NCBI GenBank assembly: GCA_965649825.1
Contig: OZ287697.1
Location: 1,079,635 to 1,143,634 of the forward strand
Length of the DNA: 64,000 nucleotides
Direction: 5' to 3'
From: Penicillus capitatus
Taxonomy: Eukaryota; Plantae; Chlorophyta
The notes below the pieces were generated by a model. The model worked only from the letters and a program-made list of their open reading frames with translations. It did no database searches and was not told where the DNA came from. Below, piece by piece: positions 50,227-64,000 of the stretch (the stretch's first letter is position 1; every line of letters begins with the position of its first letter). The position numbers and the translations under genes were made by a program.

Positions 50227-51325
50227 ATGAATTCCCTTGCTTTTCTGCCATGCCGTCGCCTCCCACTGTCTTTTAATCAGTTCATTTCTTGTTTTTTATG
50301 ATATTGTTGCAAATATCAGAACATTCAGTGAATCATCACCGTTCACGTGAGGGGCACTGGACATTTTTAGAAGATTTTTTCGAACCACCGCCTCTCACAC
50401 AAACTCTGTCCGACGGAGATTGCTTAGTCTTGACTCGACTGTATCCATCTCGCAGCTGTCGAATCAATCATACATAAGTCTCTATCTCTATTCCTGCCGA
50501 CACAGCAATCATCTGTCTCAGCAATCCAGCATATGGGTATGATGTGGTTAGGGGGTCATCCAGATATGTGGTATTGGGCGGAATGACAGACATGACGCAC
50601 GGTCTGTGTACGTTATATACTGTCTCTTAAGTTCGTTGTTTATCTGTTCGATGACGGTGAGGGGAAGATGCTGGGAGGTGTCTTTTATTTTTTCTCTGTT
50701 CGTTCGTTCGTGCGTTAGTGTCCAGTCCAGTCCATAGCTCCTTTCTTATCGAGGATGAAAAAAGTGTTTGTTCTTCAACAGCCTAGGGCGTATTGATTTC
50801 CGCATTTCTTATTGATTCATCCCGCAAATATTCAATCGTTCCAAGCGCAACGGTCATTCCTCTGCCCTTGGCAAGCTTTACTGGCGTCATACTCAAAATG
50901 CTGCAATCTGGAGTGGTGTGACGTGACGTGAGGTGACGTGACGTAAAGGGAGAAAGAGAAACACTTTCCGTTCGGCTGGCCCTGCTTAAAGAAATTCCGA
51001 ATCCAAACCACCGACCTTCTCAAACTGTCCTTTTTGCACTGCCCGCACTTTTCTAGTTCCTTGGGTTCTGTTTTGTTTGTTCGTTCGTTTGTTTCATTTG
51101 AGGCAAGTCTACCGGATTCAAGGATGGGGCTTCAAGCTGAAGGACAACAACGGCAATCGTTACCATACGGGATTGGATTCGTCGGCAATGTCAAGGGGCA
51201 TCGCATTGATCGATAGCAGTCCGCGACGTCGCGATTACGAAAGCGGACAGAAATTCTGCGCGACAACGCCATCATCGCCTAGAAGATGCTAATGATTGTT
51301 GCTGTTTGTTGTAAAGGCCGCCGCC

Positions 51326-53166
51326 TTAGGGTCCTAGAAGTTCATTTAATGCCGGAGTTCTATTCAGGACAGAAATGTAGTGCGTCAGCTTTAAACAATC
51401 GACCCACGCGTTCGCCGACTCCTCATCGTCGCTCAAAAAATACAGTCCCTGCAAAACAGCACCCCTAGATGCGGTCATTGGACTCGGGGTGATGTGACTT
51501 GTGGATGGGTGTGTGTCTGGATCCAGAAGGCTTCGCCCTCAGGGAGGGCCAGTTCCGTACAGCGATCGACCGTGATGATGTCTCCGATAGGGATTTGATA
51601 GTGATCGGGTCCCGGTTCTTCCTTCTCTCGATTCTTCGGTGGAACGTACCCACGTCCTCGAAGGTACTGCCGACCAATGCCCGAAACGAAACGCGTTCCG
51701 TCGAGAACGAACCATTGCCGTTCCCACAATTCCTTGACGTCGCCCAACGAACGAAACCTGACGGGAGGAACAGCGACACGTCTCCTGAACGATGATGACG
51801 ATGATGCATCGATCGATTCTTACTGTGCGACGGTTAGATGGCCGACTTTGAGAAAGGGACGTGGAAGCACGTGCTTCACAATGGTGACGGAATTCCTGCA
51901 GCAGAAGGATGGAGTGATGGATGGAAAAGAGTGAGATGATGTGACTGATAGACAGTGCTTGTCGGCTGAAGCGCCGCCGCCAGACAGATGTACTGCGCGG
52001 CCGACTGCATCATAATATTCGCCGCTTCTTCAGCGTTTTTCTCTTGGCCCACCAATTTCTCAAGTGGGCGCAACAAACGACCTATCCGTCATAATTTCTC
52101 ACTCTTTATGAAGAGGCATCTCACACATCATCACCTTCTTCGTCGGTGTACGGCAAGACATTCGGATTCTTAAGAGATTCGCGAATCTGAGCTGCGTGGG
52201 TATAGTAAATCGTTCCCATGTTATAGCAGCCGTGATCGAAATCCAATTGAAATCGCACGGAGCGACGGAACTTGTCGATCGCCTGCGTGGCCAACTGAAT
52301 CTTCTTCCCGGGGTCTGCCTCATAATTACTGACCTCCTAAGTACAGATGATCATTCGACACGGCGGCTGGCATACGTGTGCGAGGACCTGGAGGACGAGT
52401 CCCCAGTTGTTCAGTCCACGTGGATTGTTGCTGCACTCTTTGAGGGACTGCGCGTATTTCTGCGAAGCCAGATGAAGGAAGTACCGTGCCTTGTATCCAT
52501 TCTCTGCCTTCCATAGACTGGAGAGCTCGCTCAGAGCCACGCCCCAATTGTACAGAGCGGCATGAAACTTCGGTCGTAGCTCTAATGCCTCCTCATACAT
52601 CTCACTCGCCTGCTCCACCACACATCCTCTCGCCAAATAGCGAAGCCTGAGATTTGGCGCGTCACCAGAACGAGGAGTTCTTTGACATGGCTGATGGGAA
52701 AGGCACGGGTCTTCATTTCCAAATCGTAGCGCAGTTTGGCTGCCAGTTCTTGTAGCAGGAGGCCATAATGGTACTTGTCATCGAAATGGGTCGGTCGGCG
52801 ATGGGTCAGCGAGGAGAAACGCTGTATCGAGATGAGAAGGTCTCGCACGTGAGCATCTTCCTCCGTTTCGAGATTGAGGGATAGCAACGCCGCCGGTTTT
52901 GCAGGCTTGGGACCAAATGGTCGATCAGCATTCTAACAAGAGCACGCTGTCAAGCTAGATGGGGTGGAATCTGAGGCGAAGCTGACTTCGTTTGCCTGAG
53001 GGCTCTTGGTCGTGCCGAACAACGCTTGGGTCGCTTGGCCGAGTTCTGTCCCGCCGAGACATGGGAGAAATCCTGGAAGCTAATGCGAAGCTGTGATAGC
53101 ACATCAGCACAAGGCAGAGCGTCTGTCTACTCGCTTTTCGATATCGTCTGCGACACTGCTGCTCAT
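51326..53166 (-). CDS. HLB1-like TPR protein with C-terminal PH-like domain
   Basis: DDKYHYGLLLQE, YEEALELRPKFHAALYNWGVALSE, GLNNWGLVLQ (TPRs); WERQWFVLD, IPIGDIITVDRCTELALPEGEAFWIQT and YFLSDDEESANAWVDCLKL resemble the plant HLB1 C-terminus. Confidence 0.8.
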
Positions 53167-53542
53167 AACGACGTGTCCTAGAATGCGATAATATGACAGG
53201 GATAGCTGTTGGCCCGTGACGCACCGGATGATGTGACAGCAGCGAAAGACGTCACCTATACGCGGAGATTGACGTCTACGATGCGCCCGCCGCACAAACA
53301 GATGATCATCATCTTCATTACATAGTAGGCAACCAGGCACTCGTTAATCGAAACAGACAAGAGAGAGCGAGGTTCACCGTGCGTGTTCATTGGCTTAGGT
53401 GTGTCGATTGATTACAGACAGTCGTAAAGGCGTTTCTAGAATCTCGCTGTCTTTATCCAAGAGACAGGTATGGAAAAGCGAAGCCGGAATTTGGAGCCGT
53501 CTTCGGTCCTGACGTCATGAGAAGAAATGCAGAGGAGGGTCT

Positions 53543-56500
53543 TCATCTTTCATCCCTCTTTCGTCTGCGAGACGCCTTGCTGATCTTTGCCCAGATATAG
53601 TCCACCAGATAGACCTTGAAGATATGCGGTGCCCTACGACTGTGATCATATGCGATGTCTCTCATTTCCAACACCACTTTCAGATAGTCGGCGGCATAGT
53701 GTAGAAACAGCAGAACCAAACAGAAAAACAGAACGAGATTGCACATCGTGAGGGCGATCGTGATCAGAACCTTTACGGTATGAGACACCCGATCGTCGTT
53801 GAAGAAGAGACTGGAGACGAACGTCAAGAGAGACACGAGGATCGAAATGCTCTCCAGCTCATTGAGTGCACGGAACTCGTCTCGGAACGGTCGGCAGATG
53901 GTCTGAAAGTAGAGAGAGATGACGAGGACGAAAACGGCGAGGACGCTTTGGAGATTGGCGCCCAGAGGATAGGAGAAAACGACGATCGCTGCGAGCAAGG
54001 CCTTTCGGAACATGATCGTCGATTCCCAGAAAACGAATCGCTTTCGGTAGGCACGGTACAGAAAACCGAAGACATCGTAGACCATCGCGTCGGTATCGTC
54101 GTCCTTCACGTTCTTGATGATGGCATAGCCGACGGTCAGAGGAAAGCCAAAAGTGACGAGGACGAGCAGCGGCCAGCCCAAGAGACTGCTCAAGTAAGCG
54201 TGGGATCCTTGATAGCAGCGAACGCTTGTGTCGATCGCCCAGTACTCCGAAGTGAAATCGTGAACAGCATCGATCGAATCGTGCACGGTGAGGCAGGTCA
54301 GGGTGCTCAAGATCGTCTTCGTGAGGGAGATGTAGCTGACGTACAGGACGGCTACGGTGCTCAGAAGGATCCGCTTGATCAGATACCACCTGTCACGTCT
54401 GTGCTTGATCTTGACGAGGGACCAGAAGAGAACGAAGATGGCGATGACGACGACGGGGACGACGATATCGATCAGTGTGCTCAGAACGGACTTCGAAACC
54501 GATCCGCCTTCTGATAGACAGTCCACAGATCGGTTCACGGCTTCCGATGTGAGCCCGCTGACGAATTCTGCGAAAACACTCGATCGTTGCGCGGCTAGAT
54601 CGAGAGGGATCGATCGGTTTACCTGCGATTTCGAAGAGAGTGATCATCGTCATCGTCCATCTGACGTTGACGGACACGGCCACGGCTATCACCTGGAGGT
54701 AGTTCACCGTGATCTACGTCGAACAGGGAATCGGTTGTCGTGGAGATCGGGCACGTAAGTATACCTTGAACACTTCGGCGGCTTTCCATTTGGCGAGTTC
54801 CGCTTCCTTGACTGTTAGCTGCTGCTGATCGTGAGCAATCGATTCGCCCATTCGGACGGAGCATTCCGGAGGCGTCTGATCGATGGTCTCTCTTTCGATC
54901 GTTTCGCAAGCGATCTCTGTCGATGGATCGTTTGGCGGTTGTTGGTAGATCCCGTGACAGTATTGAGGACGCTGTCGTAACAGAGATATCAGATTGCTGC
55001 GCACGGTGAAGCTCGACAACGCCAGCAGCATGAAGAGAGACAGCAGCACCAGAACGACGTTGCCCGCTCCGACAAAACACTCCTGGCACACGAGACCGTA
55101 AGATTTTCCGTAACCGTCCTCGCACGACCCACACAGAGGACCCGTGTGCCCCTATCGTGCAGACACACGTCAGCAGATGGACGCAGAGCAGAGAGACAGA
55201 CCTTTCGGCACTGGGCGTTGGTGTAGTCGGCGATGAAGTCTTCATCAAATCGGCACGTCTGGACGCCATCGGTGATTTCTTCAAGGTTCTGCTCACGCTC
55301 TGCAAAATCGCAGGCCCGACAGGTAAGGCATCTCTGCAAGTATGGAGAGCAGGGTGTCTGGTGCCAGTATCCTTGCTTCGGCTGGATGACACGCGAGGAG
55401 CAATCTCCGTTGTCCGGACATGGAAGGCACCTGTCGCCAGACGAGAAGCTGTATGTCGAGCTGCTGCATGCCTCGCAGACGGAGGCGTTCACTGCCGGCT
55501 CCTCTCCGATGGAGCATTCCCTGATCTCGACGGTGACGACGAAGTCCTCGAGGGCCGATTCGCTGAAGGAGACGACGATGTTGTAGCTGCCCGGCGGCTT
55601 GAACCCAGTGACCCCGGAGAAGTTCCCTGAGCCGTCGATGAGATAAAGATCCAATGTGCCAGAGAAGAAGCCGTCGTTAGACGCCATCGTGGCGACGACG
55701 GCGTCCTGTTCGATGCCTATCGCGGGACCGTGGCCAAGGGCGTCTCCGACGGCGACGACGACCGTCGGAATGGCGACTCCGCTCGGGTGGTCCTTCACCG
55801 TGTAGCTGTTCCCCTCGACGACGATCGATTCGTCGGTGTCTTCGACGTAGAGAGTCTTCACGGCCGTCCGCGCGTAGGACGACAGCGATGGACCGTAAGC
55901 TCCTGCCTCGTTCCCGCTCCACCCTGGACAGGAAGTGGCGTCGGGTCCGATCGGACGCATTCCGTCCAGCCGCTCCTCAGAGAAGAGGTCGTCGGGTCCT
56001 TCTTCCGTCGACGGCGCCGAGCACTCGACCCTGACGGCAGACAGGTCGTCAGCGAAGATCAGGCCTCCGGCTGTCTCGGCTCTGTTGTGCGTGAAGCCCG
56101 TCTCGGACAGCGCGACTCTCGTGCAGCTGGCGTTCTTCGACGAGCAGTCTACGACTCCGATGTTACCGACGAAGTGCAGTCCACCTGTCGGGAACAGCAT
56201 TCTATGCGCTGCATTGTTGGTTTGACAGAAATGTACGTACCTCCGTAGTCTGCGGAATTGCGGCTCACTGTGCTGTTATAGAGCTGAAGGGCCAGAGGTT
56301 GTGTTCCGCTAGACTCGACGGAGATCGCTCCGCCCCTTCCCCTGGCCTCGTTGTCTTCGAACAGGCACTCCGAACACGAAAACCTCGACGAACCCTTCTC
56401 CGACACCGCCCCGCCGTTTCGCCGCGACTCACAGTCCCCCATCCGAAGCTGTCGCGCCCGCACAACGGACGAGTGGAGTGCCAAGCAGCCTCCTGCCCTC

Positions 56501-59500
56501 GCCTGTCCTTCAGACGCTTCGACGTTTGTCACGTTCAGCGAGCTGGATCCGCCGACGAAGATGCATCCGCCGGATCCTCGGGCGCGTCCTCCGACGAAGC
56601 TTGAGTCTTCGACAGACGCCGACGCGTTATGCAGCCACATGCATCCTCCGTCGTAAGCTCTACTACCGCTCGATCGGTAGTCGATCGCGTTCAGCCTGGA
56701 GCTCGATACGTGGACCGATCCTCCGCGCTCCGCGGCCGAGTTGTCGGTTAAGTTCACACCCTCCAGCCTTCCAGACGAGTCGGTCGCGAGAGACACGGCG
56801 CCGCCCTTTCTGGCGGTGTTGGCATCCAAGACGGAGCGGTTGATCCGAACGCTGCCGAATTGCTCTCCACAGACGGCGCCTCCATCCATCTCCGCCGCGT
56901 TTTGAGAGAACTCGCTGTCCGTTGCCACCAAGCTGGAGTTAGAAACGAAGACGGCCCCTCCGCTGCCAGTGGCGTTGCACGAGGCGACGACGGACGATTG
57001 GTCGATTAAAGCACTGGCCAAGGAAGTCAGATGCAAACCTCCGCCGTTCCCTGTCGCGCTTCCTCTTATCAGCCTCGTGTCGAACAGCCGAATGCGGCTT
57101 CCCCCTCGACAGTCGATGTGTCCGCCAGTGGTTGCGACGCCACTGTTGGCCCGCAAACGATCGAGGGTGACTGTCGAGTTCTGATCGATGAAGAGCGTCC
57201 CGCCAGCTTCTGATTGGCTCCCAGCGAACCGACATCGAGTAAGAGTTACGTCAGAGTCTGCGCTTACGTGACAGCCGCCGCCTTCCGAGACAGCCATACT
57301 GTTGGAGAAGGTACAGTTCGCCACGGTGGCCTCCACATTGCTCTCGATTTTCATCGCCCCTCCGGCTGCAGTAGCAGAACAGTTCTCGAATCTGGTTGAC
57401 GTAACGTTCAGTGTCCCAGAGTCGCGAGCCACGATGCAGCCGCCCTTCTCCGAAGTACCATTCGCGAGCGAGACATTCTGGACGCGCATCTCCGTGTTCT
57501 GCGAGTAGATCCCGCCGCCTTCCAACTCGGATTGGCAGTTTACGATGGGGGTATTCTGTACATTGACGATGCTGGACTCGGCAACATAAATTCCACCACC
57601 TTGCTTTGCAGAACCGTCGACCAAGATCGAATCTTCGATGAGCACTTGGGCGCTAAGGATGTAGAAGAAGCCACCTGTGGTCGACGACGCCCGTTCCATC
57701 TGACACCTGGTGCAAGATAAGTTTCCATTCTGGACGTAAATATCTCCGGCATCGAGTACAGCTTCGTTATCAGCGAACGTGCAATCGACGACACTCGCCA
57801 CCGAGCCGCCGAATGCAACGATGGAGGCACCATATTGAGCACGGTTTTGTTCGAAACTGGAGTTGGCCAGATTCATCGACGCGCCGGCTTCGATCTGAAT
57901 GCAGCCGCCGCTCAGTCCGACACTGTTGCCGATGAACGTGAGATTCGCTCCGTCGAAACGCGAGTTGCTGATCACGGCACTGCCTCCCGAGACTGTGCTA
58001 TTGTTAGACGTGAAAGTACAGTCTTCGATGGAGATGGAACTATTCTTCGAGACGGAAAGGCATCCTGCATTGCCAATACCGTTGTTCCTCTCGAAGACTG
58101 AAGTGCTCAGCGAGATGCTGGATGCGTGTGCGTTCAACACGGCGCTCGTGCCGCCGCTGTTATTCCGAAAGGAACATCCCTTCACGGTCGCCTCTGTTTC
58201 TTCCAGGAAGAGACCAGCGGTGGTTTCGACTTCTCTGGACATGTTCACCAGGTTGCCAGTGAGGACGGTGTTCGTGAGGGACAGCGTTCCGTTCACGGTG
58301 TACAGGAGAGTGCCTTCGTTCTCGGTCGCGTTGATGCCATCTGCCGTCGTCTGCGCTCCGGACGGAGCCTGAAAGATGAAGGACGCGTCTTCGCGCCGAT
58401 CGGCCAGTTTGTTGCTTCGGATCTCGATGTCTCGTAGTGTGTTGTTTAGAGAGAGGACGGCGCCGCCGATAGCTCCGTAAGTATTTCCGATCAATCTCAC
58501 GTCGATCATTTCGAGCGATAAGCACGAGGGAGAGTGCACTCGAATCGCGGACGACGGGCCCAGTCGATTGCTCCTCACATTCACGTGGTGGAACTGCACG
58601 GCGCCGATCGTGCGACTCGACGAGCATTCCTCGACTTCGATGATAGCACTGCCCTTCTGCCTAGCTGATGAATTGAAGAAGCAGTCTTCAAACACGAGAT
58701 TCGCAAAGCGCACCGCATTCGCCCTGTAACACGTCTGCGTCCGCAGGCAATCAGAACGCAAGGAACTCACCTGACGAGGAAGGCCCCCTCGTTGTCGCGA
58801 GGACACGTAAAAGAGAGCTTGCGCCGCGCCCGCGGAAAGACCCCGTCGTCCAGATCGGTGTCGTCGACGATGGCGCTGATCGTCACAGGACGAGGAATGG
58901 TGATTCGATCAGGAGGGCGGATACCGACAGATGGGTCGATGAGAAGGATGTCGCCTGTCCGAGTGCAGTTGAAGACGATTTGCAGATCGCTTTCCAACTC
59001 TTCTACCGCCTCTGCATCGATAGACCAGATCCTGGTGCCTGGATCCAGCATCTGGTCGATCTGATCTTGATCGAGAATACACGCGTCGACTGATCACAAT
59101 CAACACAACCGAATTGATGATCAGCGCCGCGTGGAGGACAGGTGGCACCTGAGTCGTCTGGACGATCGGCGACGTCGGACTGTAACAGAACGCGCCCGGA
59201 TTCGACAAACTGCGACAGCAAAAGCCAGTCAGCTTCGCGCAAACGTATCGGAGAATATAGGGAAACGAGAGCTCTTACGTTGTCCGCTTTCCATGGCGAC
59301 GAATGCGTCGCTGGTGTTCTTGTTCGGCAGGGTACAGAGAAAGGCGTCCCCTTCTTTGACGGCCATCGCAGCACACGGGCAGAAATGGCCGCCGTCGGAT
59401 CATGTGCGTCTGTAGGATGATTCTCCACAGCGTTTCTCACAAGCTTCCCATGCCTTTCCCGTACATCGTCGATTGCCCTTACGTCGACATAGATACCAAG

Positions 59501-59542
59501 TGCGACGAACAGAAGGATAAAGAGGTGTCGTGTGACAGCCAT
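53543..59542 (-). CDS. Giant surface protein, paralog 2: signal peptide, Pmp-like beta-helix, Cys-rich stalk, ~8-9 TM
   Basis: MAVTRHLFILLFVALGIYVDVRA; an 885-codon GGA/FxxN repeat exon; CEACSSSTY..CLPCPDNGDC..IQPKQGYWHQTPCS; TM exon with YWAIDTSVRCYQGSH and FWESTIMFRKA. Confidence 0.88.
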
Positions 59543-60047
59543 AAGGTTTTCGATTCGAATCGAACAAAGCCTCACGCTATTGCAGAGTGACAATCTCTAT
59601 TCTTTATTCTCAGTCAGCGTTTCGTGTTAACTTCTGATATAGAAGAAACGCGGCAACCGCTCGCCGGATGTTCCCTCAGAACTGCTAAGAACGGGTAACT
59701 GCCACGAATCGAGAAGACATTGCGTACGACGCGAACACGATGAGCGACTTCGCGTGTGACGTCACGTATGAAGTGATTCTGAAATCGAGTACCGACTCGA
59801 ACTTAATAGTCTGTTCAAACGATCGATTGCTGGATATACCATCTCATTCATCTGAAAACGGCATATTGTGCCCAGCGCAAGACGATCGGTACTAGACAGC
59901 GACAATCAGCGATGTTCTTCGATCATTGCCTTACGAAAAACCGAAAACAGAATCCACAAACAGAGCATCGTAAGCGGGAGATTCATTCGAGTATCTTCCT
60001 GATGATACATTCGACCTGATGAAAAAACGTCAGACAGCGCGTGCACC

Positions 60048-63000
60048 TTATATCATGCCACGAGGTGGCGGCGCATCGACCGTTTCATCACGTCTGCTAC
60101 AGAGTTCGGCGATGCGTCGTCTGATAGTGACAAGCAAAAAGTCACAACAGTAAACCCAAATGACGTGCCGAGCGCCCCGGTTCTCATCGCAGGGGATTCC
60201 TTCCTTTACCAGGATGGATCTCAAATAGGTCGAACCGAATCGCGCAAAGCAGGCCAAAAGAAAACCAAACAGCATGACATTGCTGACGATGACGACGATA
60301 CTGATCAGAACCTCGACACCATCGGGCACCATCTCATCGTTGAAGAAGAGACTCGAGACAAAAGTGAGAAGAGTGACCAGAACGGCGACGCTTTCGATCT
60401 CGTTCAGATAATCAAATTCCTCGCGATAGGGACGGCACATGGTTTGAAAGTAAAAGGCAACGGCCAGGACGAAAACGGCGAGGACGCTCTGGAGATTGGC
60501 ACCCAATGGATAGGAAAAGACAACGACGAGTGCGAGAACGGCCTTCCGCAACATGATGACCGAATCCCAAAAAATGAACCTCTTTCTGTAGGCCCTGTAC
60601 AGAAACCCGGCGACCTCGTAGACCCATCCGGCCTTGTAGTCGTCTTTCGTGTGGCGCGTCACAATGTAAGCGACCGCCGCCGGATAGCCAAGAGTGAACA
60701 GGGCAAGACATGGCCATCCGGCCAAGGCGGCGAGCAACGCATGCGATCCTTCGTAGCATTTGACGCGGGTATCGACGGCCCAGTAATGCGTCGATGCATC
60801 GTCGCCAACGTCCAGAGCGTCGTGGACATCCACACAGGTCAAGGTACTGACGATGGTCCTCGTGAGGGAGATGTAGCTGATGTAGAGCACGGCAACGATG
60901 CTGAGCAGAACCTTCTTGAGCAGATACGATCCGTTTTGACGTTGCTTGATGGTCATGACCCACCAGGAGACGGCAAAGACGAGAATGGCTGCCAGCGGAA
61001 CCATGAGATCGATGAGACTGCCGACGATCGATGCATCGACGGAGGAATCTGCTGGAACCAGACACGCAACGGAACGGCTAACCGTATCGGATGTCACACC
61101 GCTGACCAGCTCTAGGACACACGTCGCTGTTATCTCTGCGGCCGACGGTTTGCTCATCGACCTGTTATTCTGAAGAACGCAATCATAGATGTGGTCCATT
61201 CCACGTTGATCGATAACGCCACAGTCGTCCCTTGCAGATAACTCACAATAATCTAAAGGAGCATATCGATGGGCAATGTGTGAGAGAGTGAGAAGACCTT
61301 GAACAATTCGACCGCTTTCCATTTCGCGATCTCGACATCGCGCTCCGCTTGACTGGGATGCGGCGTTTGGTCTAACGGATTCGTTTCCAGTGGCGCAGCC
61401 GTGATCTCTGATGGCGGCGTGTCCTGCGGATGCATGATCTCCGTCATTTCCAACCTCATGCTGGCAGGGACACGACGCCTTGATGCACCGGATCCCTCAA
61501 TCCTTCTCATCGTCGCACGGCGAAGGATCGACAAGAGATTGCTTCGCACAGTGACGCTCGAAAGAGCAATGAGGATCGCAACCGAGAACAGCACGGCCAT
61601 GACACTACCAAAGCCAGTAAAGCATCTCTGACAGGAAAAAATGCGGCTCTTCGCATAGTCGACTTCACAAGAACCGCACAACGGTCCACGATGTCCCTGA
61701 AAAAGCCGAAGCTCAGTACAACGACGGCATCGTTTGTGATCACACCTTACGACATTGGACTGCCTCGTAGTCGGCCACATCGTTCGTATCGATATCGCAG
61801 CTTTCGATTGCTTCGACGTAATCGATCAGATCGTCATCACGATTACCGAAGTCACACGCTCTCTGCGTCAGACAGCGCTGCAGGTGTCGGGAACATGGCG
61901 TTCGATGCCAGTACCCTTTATCAGGGCGAATAAATCTCGTCGTGCAGATGCCACCCTCTGGACATTCTTTGCACCGTTCGCCCGGAGCAAAATTGTAGGT
62001 CTTTCCGCTGCATTGTTTGCACAACAAGCCGTTCGCTGCCGCCTCTTCTCCAAAAGAACACTCCCGGACGTCGATCTCCAGTTCGAAATCCTCAAGCGAC
62101 GTCTCGCTAAACTCGATCAGGATCTTGTACCGTCCTGGCCGTCGGTATCCAGTGACACCCGTAAACGTCCCCCGTCCTCCTATCAACGGCACAAGGATCT
62201 GCCCGTTGAAGAATTCATCGGGAGAACGCATGATCGCTTGTACGGTGTCCTTGGCGACGCCGATCGCTGGACCCTGCTCCAATGCATCCAGCACTTCGAC
62301 GTCGATCGTCGGAACGGCGCGTCCACTGGTGTGATTCGACAGAGTGTACTGGCTTTGGAGCACGGTCTGCGTTCGGTCGCCATCCTCGAAACGGATCGTT
62401 TTGCGCACAAGCTGTGCGTACGAAGCTGCATCCGGTCCATAAGCGTCGGCTGTATTTCTCTTCCATGACTCACAGCGGCGAGATCCGAGATCGCCTATGT
62501 TTTCTAGCGCATCTCTACTGGACGTCTTCTCCACGTCTTCATCAGAGACATCAGAGCAGTTTACGCGGACGGCCGCCAGATCGCTGGCAAAAACGGAACC
62601 GCCAGCGCGTCTTGCGCTGTTGTTCTCGAAAGTCACGCCCATCAGAGCTGCCAATGTACATTCGGCACCCGGTTTTGAACAATCGGCGATTTCGGAGTTG
62701 GCGACGAAGTGCATTCCTCCTTTAACAAACACAAAACGTCCACGCGCTGTCCGAAGCGCCGAAAGCATTACCTCCGTACTCTGCACTGTTGTTGCGCAGC
62801 ATTCCTCTGCTGAATTGCATAGCCAACAGGCCGGCACGTTCGGCTTCGACAGAGATGGCTCCACCTCTCTCTTCGGCAGCGTTGTTTTCGAACACACAGT
62901 CGCGGCAGATGATCGTCATCGATCCTTTCCCATTGACGCCGCCGCCGTTCGACAAAGAAATGCAGTTCGATATCTGAACCCGCTCTGCCGTCAGAGTGGA

Positions 63001-64000
63001 GTCATGCAGAGCAACGCAGCCGCCAGATTCTGCTGACCCTCCGACCATGACGCCTCCCGTCACCGCCAATGAGCTCAAAGACTCGGCCACAATCAGTCCT
63101 CCAGCCTCAGTGGCATACCCTGTCGTAAAGTTAATGTCTTCCATGGTGGCCGAGGTGTTGACGAGATGCAGACAGCCGCCAGTTTCTGCCCGACAGTTAA
63201 ATATTGCGCAACCGAGGAAGCGAATTTCGGAGTCTTGAACTCGAGCGATTGCTCCCCTTTCGACGGCTGCATTGTCTGACAAAGTCACGTTTGTCAGTCC
63301 TCCTTCCGTTCCGGCCGTCATCTCGATTGCCGCTCCGTTCCTCGCAGAGTTGTTATCCAGACGGGACATCTGGATGGACACTCGGCTCGATTCGCTACAG
63401 TAAATACCGCCACCATCTCCACCAACAGTACTGTTCGTGATGCTGCTTCCGATCAGCTGCACCGTCGATCGAACGAGGTGGACGGACCCACCGTTGTCCT
63501 TAGCGCTGCACGACAAGAAGACGGAGTCCGTGATCGTAGCACTGCTGTTGTCTGCCAGCTGGAATGCCCCTCCCGAGTTTGAAGCCACTGCCGTCAGCAC
63601 AGTGACATTATCCATACGAACGTTGCTGCTCTTCTGACTCCTTAACGCGCCGCCATTGGCTGCGGAGCTCTGACGAATCTCCGAGTGATGGATATCGATT
63701 TGAGAGTTGTCGGTAATGTCCACACATCCTCCCGATTCAGCCTGACTCTCGTCAAACAAACATCGATGAAGGCGAACGGTCGAGGCCTTTGTGACATGCA
63801 CAACTCCTCCGTTGTCTGCAGCACTGCTCCGGTTGAATGTACAGTCCGTTGCAACGACAGTCGCATTCTCTTCGACGCGCATCGCGCCGCCATTTCTCGC
63901 CGAGCATCGATCGAATCGAGCAGCGGTCATGTTCACGACGCTAGAGTCGCGGAGAAGCATTCCACCACCGTTGTCGTTCGCACTGTTGTTGAGGAACACG
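60048..64000 (-). CDS. Giant surface protein, paralog 3 (5' part beyond window end)
   Basis: GGA/FxxN repeat exon (62722-63999), CKQCSGKTY..CKECPEGGIC..IRPDKGYWHRTPCS, and a TM exon with YWAVDTRVKCYEGSH and FWDSVIMLRKA. Confidence 0.88.

Overview
This is a very compact eukaryotic nuclear segment, most likely from a chlorophyte green alga. Support: Rubisco activase, plastid Cpn60-beta, plastid threonine synthase, a TAAC-type carrier, SP1/MUL1, and flagellar kinesin-II and CCDC103. It uses the standard genetic code, with many tiny (~43-55 nt) introns and intergenic gaps often under 150 bp. A Bryopsidales-like (siphonous) origin is inference only. Positions 1-25.5 kb and 43.9-53.2 kb hold about 23 tightly packed housekeeping genes. 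Accessory content is interleaved: (i) three paralogous giant surface proteins with Pmp-like GGA[ILV]/FxxN beta-helix repeats, a Cys-rich stalk and about 8-9 TM segments (26.3-32.7 kb, 53.5-59.5 kb, 60.0->64 kb); (ii) three secreted 7-bladed PLL-type beta-propeller lectin genes with a mosaic sequence pattern and hypervariable central blades (33.6-43.1 kb); (iii) a ~2.9 kb island present in one lectin spacer but not the other, with (GATC)n at the junction, carrying a 541-codon orphan frame split by one in-frame TGA; (iv) a 221-bp solo-LTR-like insertion with a 5-bp TSD. The main window-wide signal is that many of the tiny introns carry recurrent short palindromic arms (TCACTCTT/AAGAGTGA, TCACATC/GATGTGA, TCACAC/GTGTGA), in both orientations and often as hairpins. 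There are also head-to-head start codons only 10-40 bp apart and tandem genes 62-67 bp apart (polycistron candidates). Gene models were spliced by eye, and family assignments come from motif recognition, not database searches.
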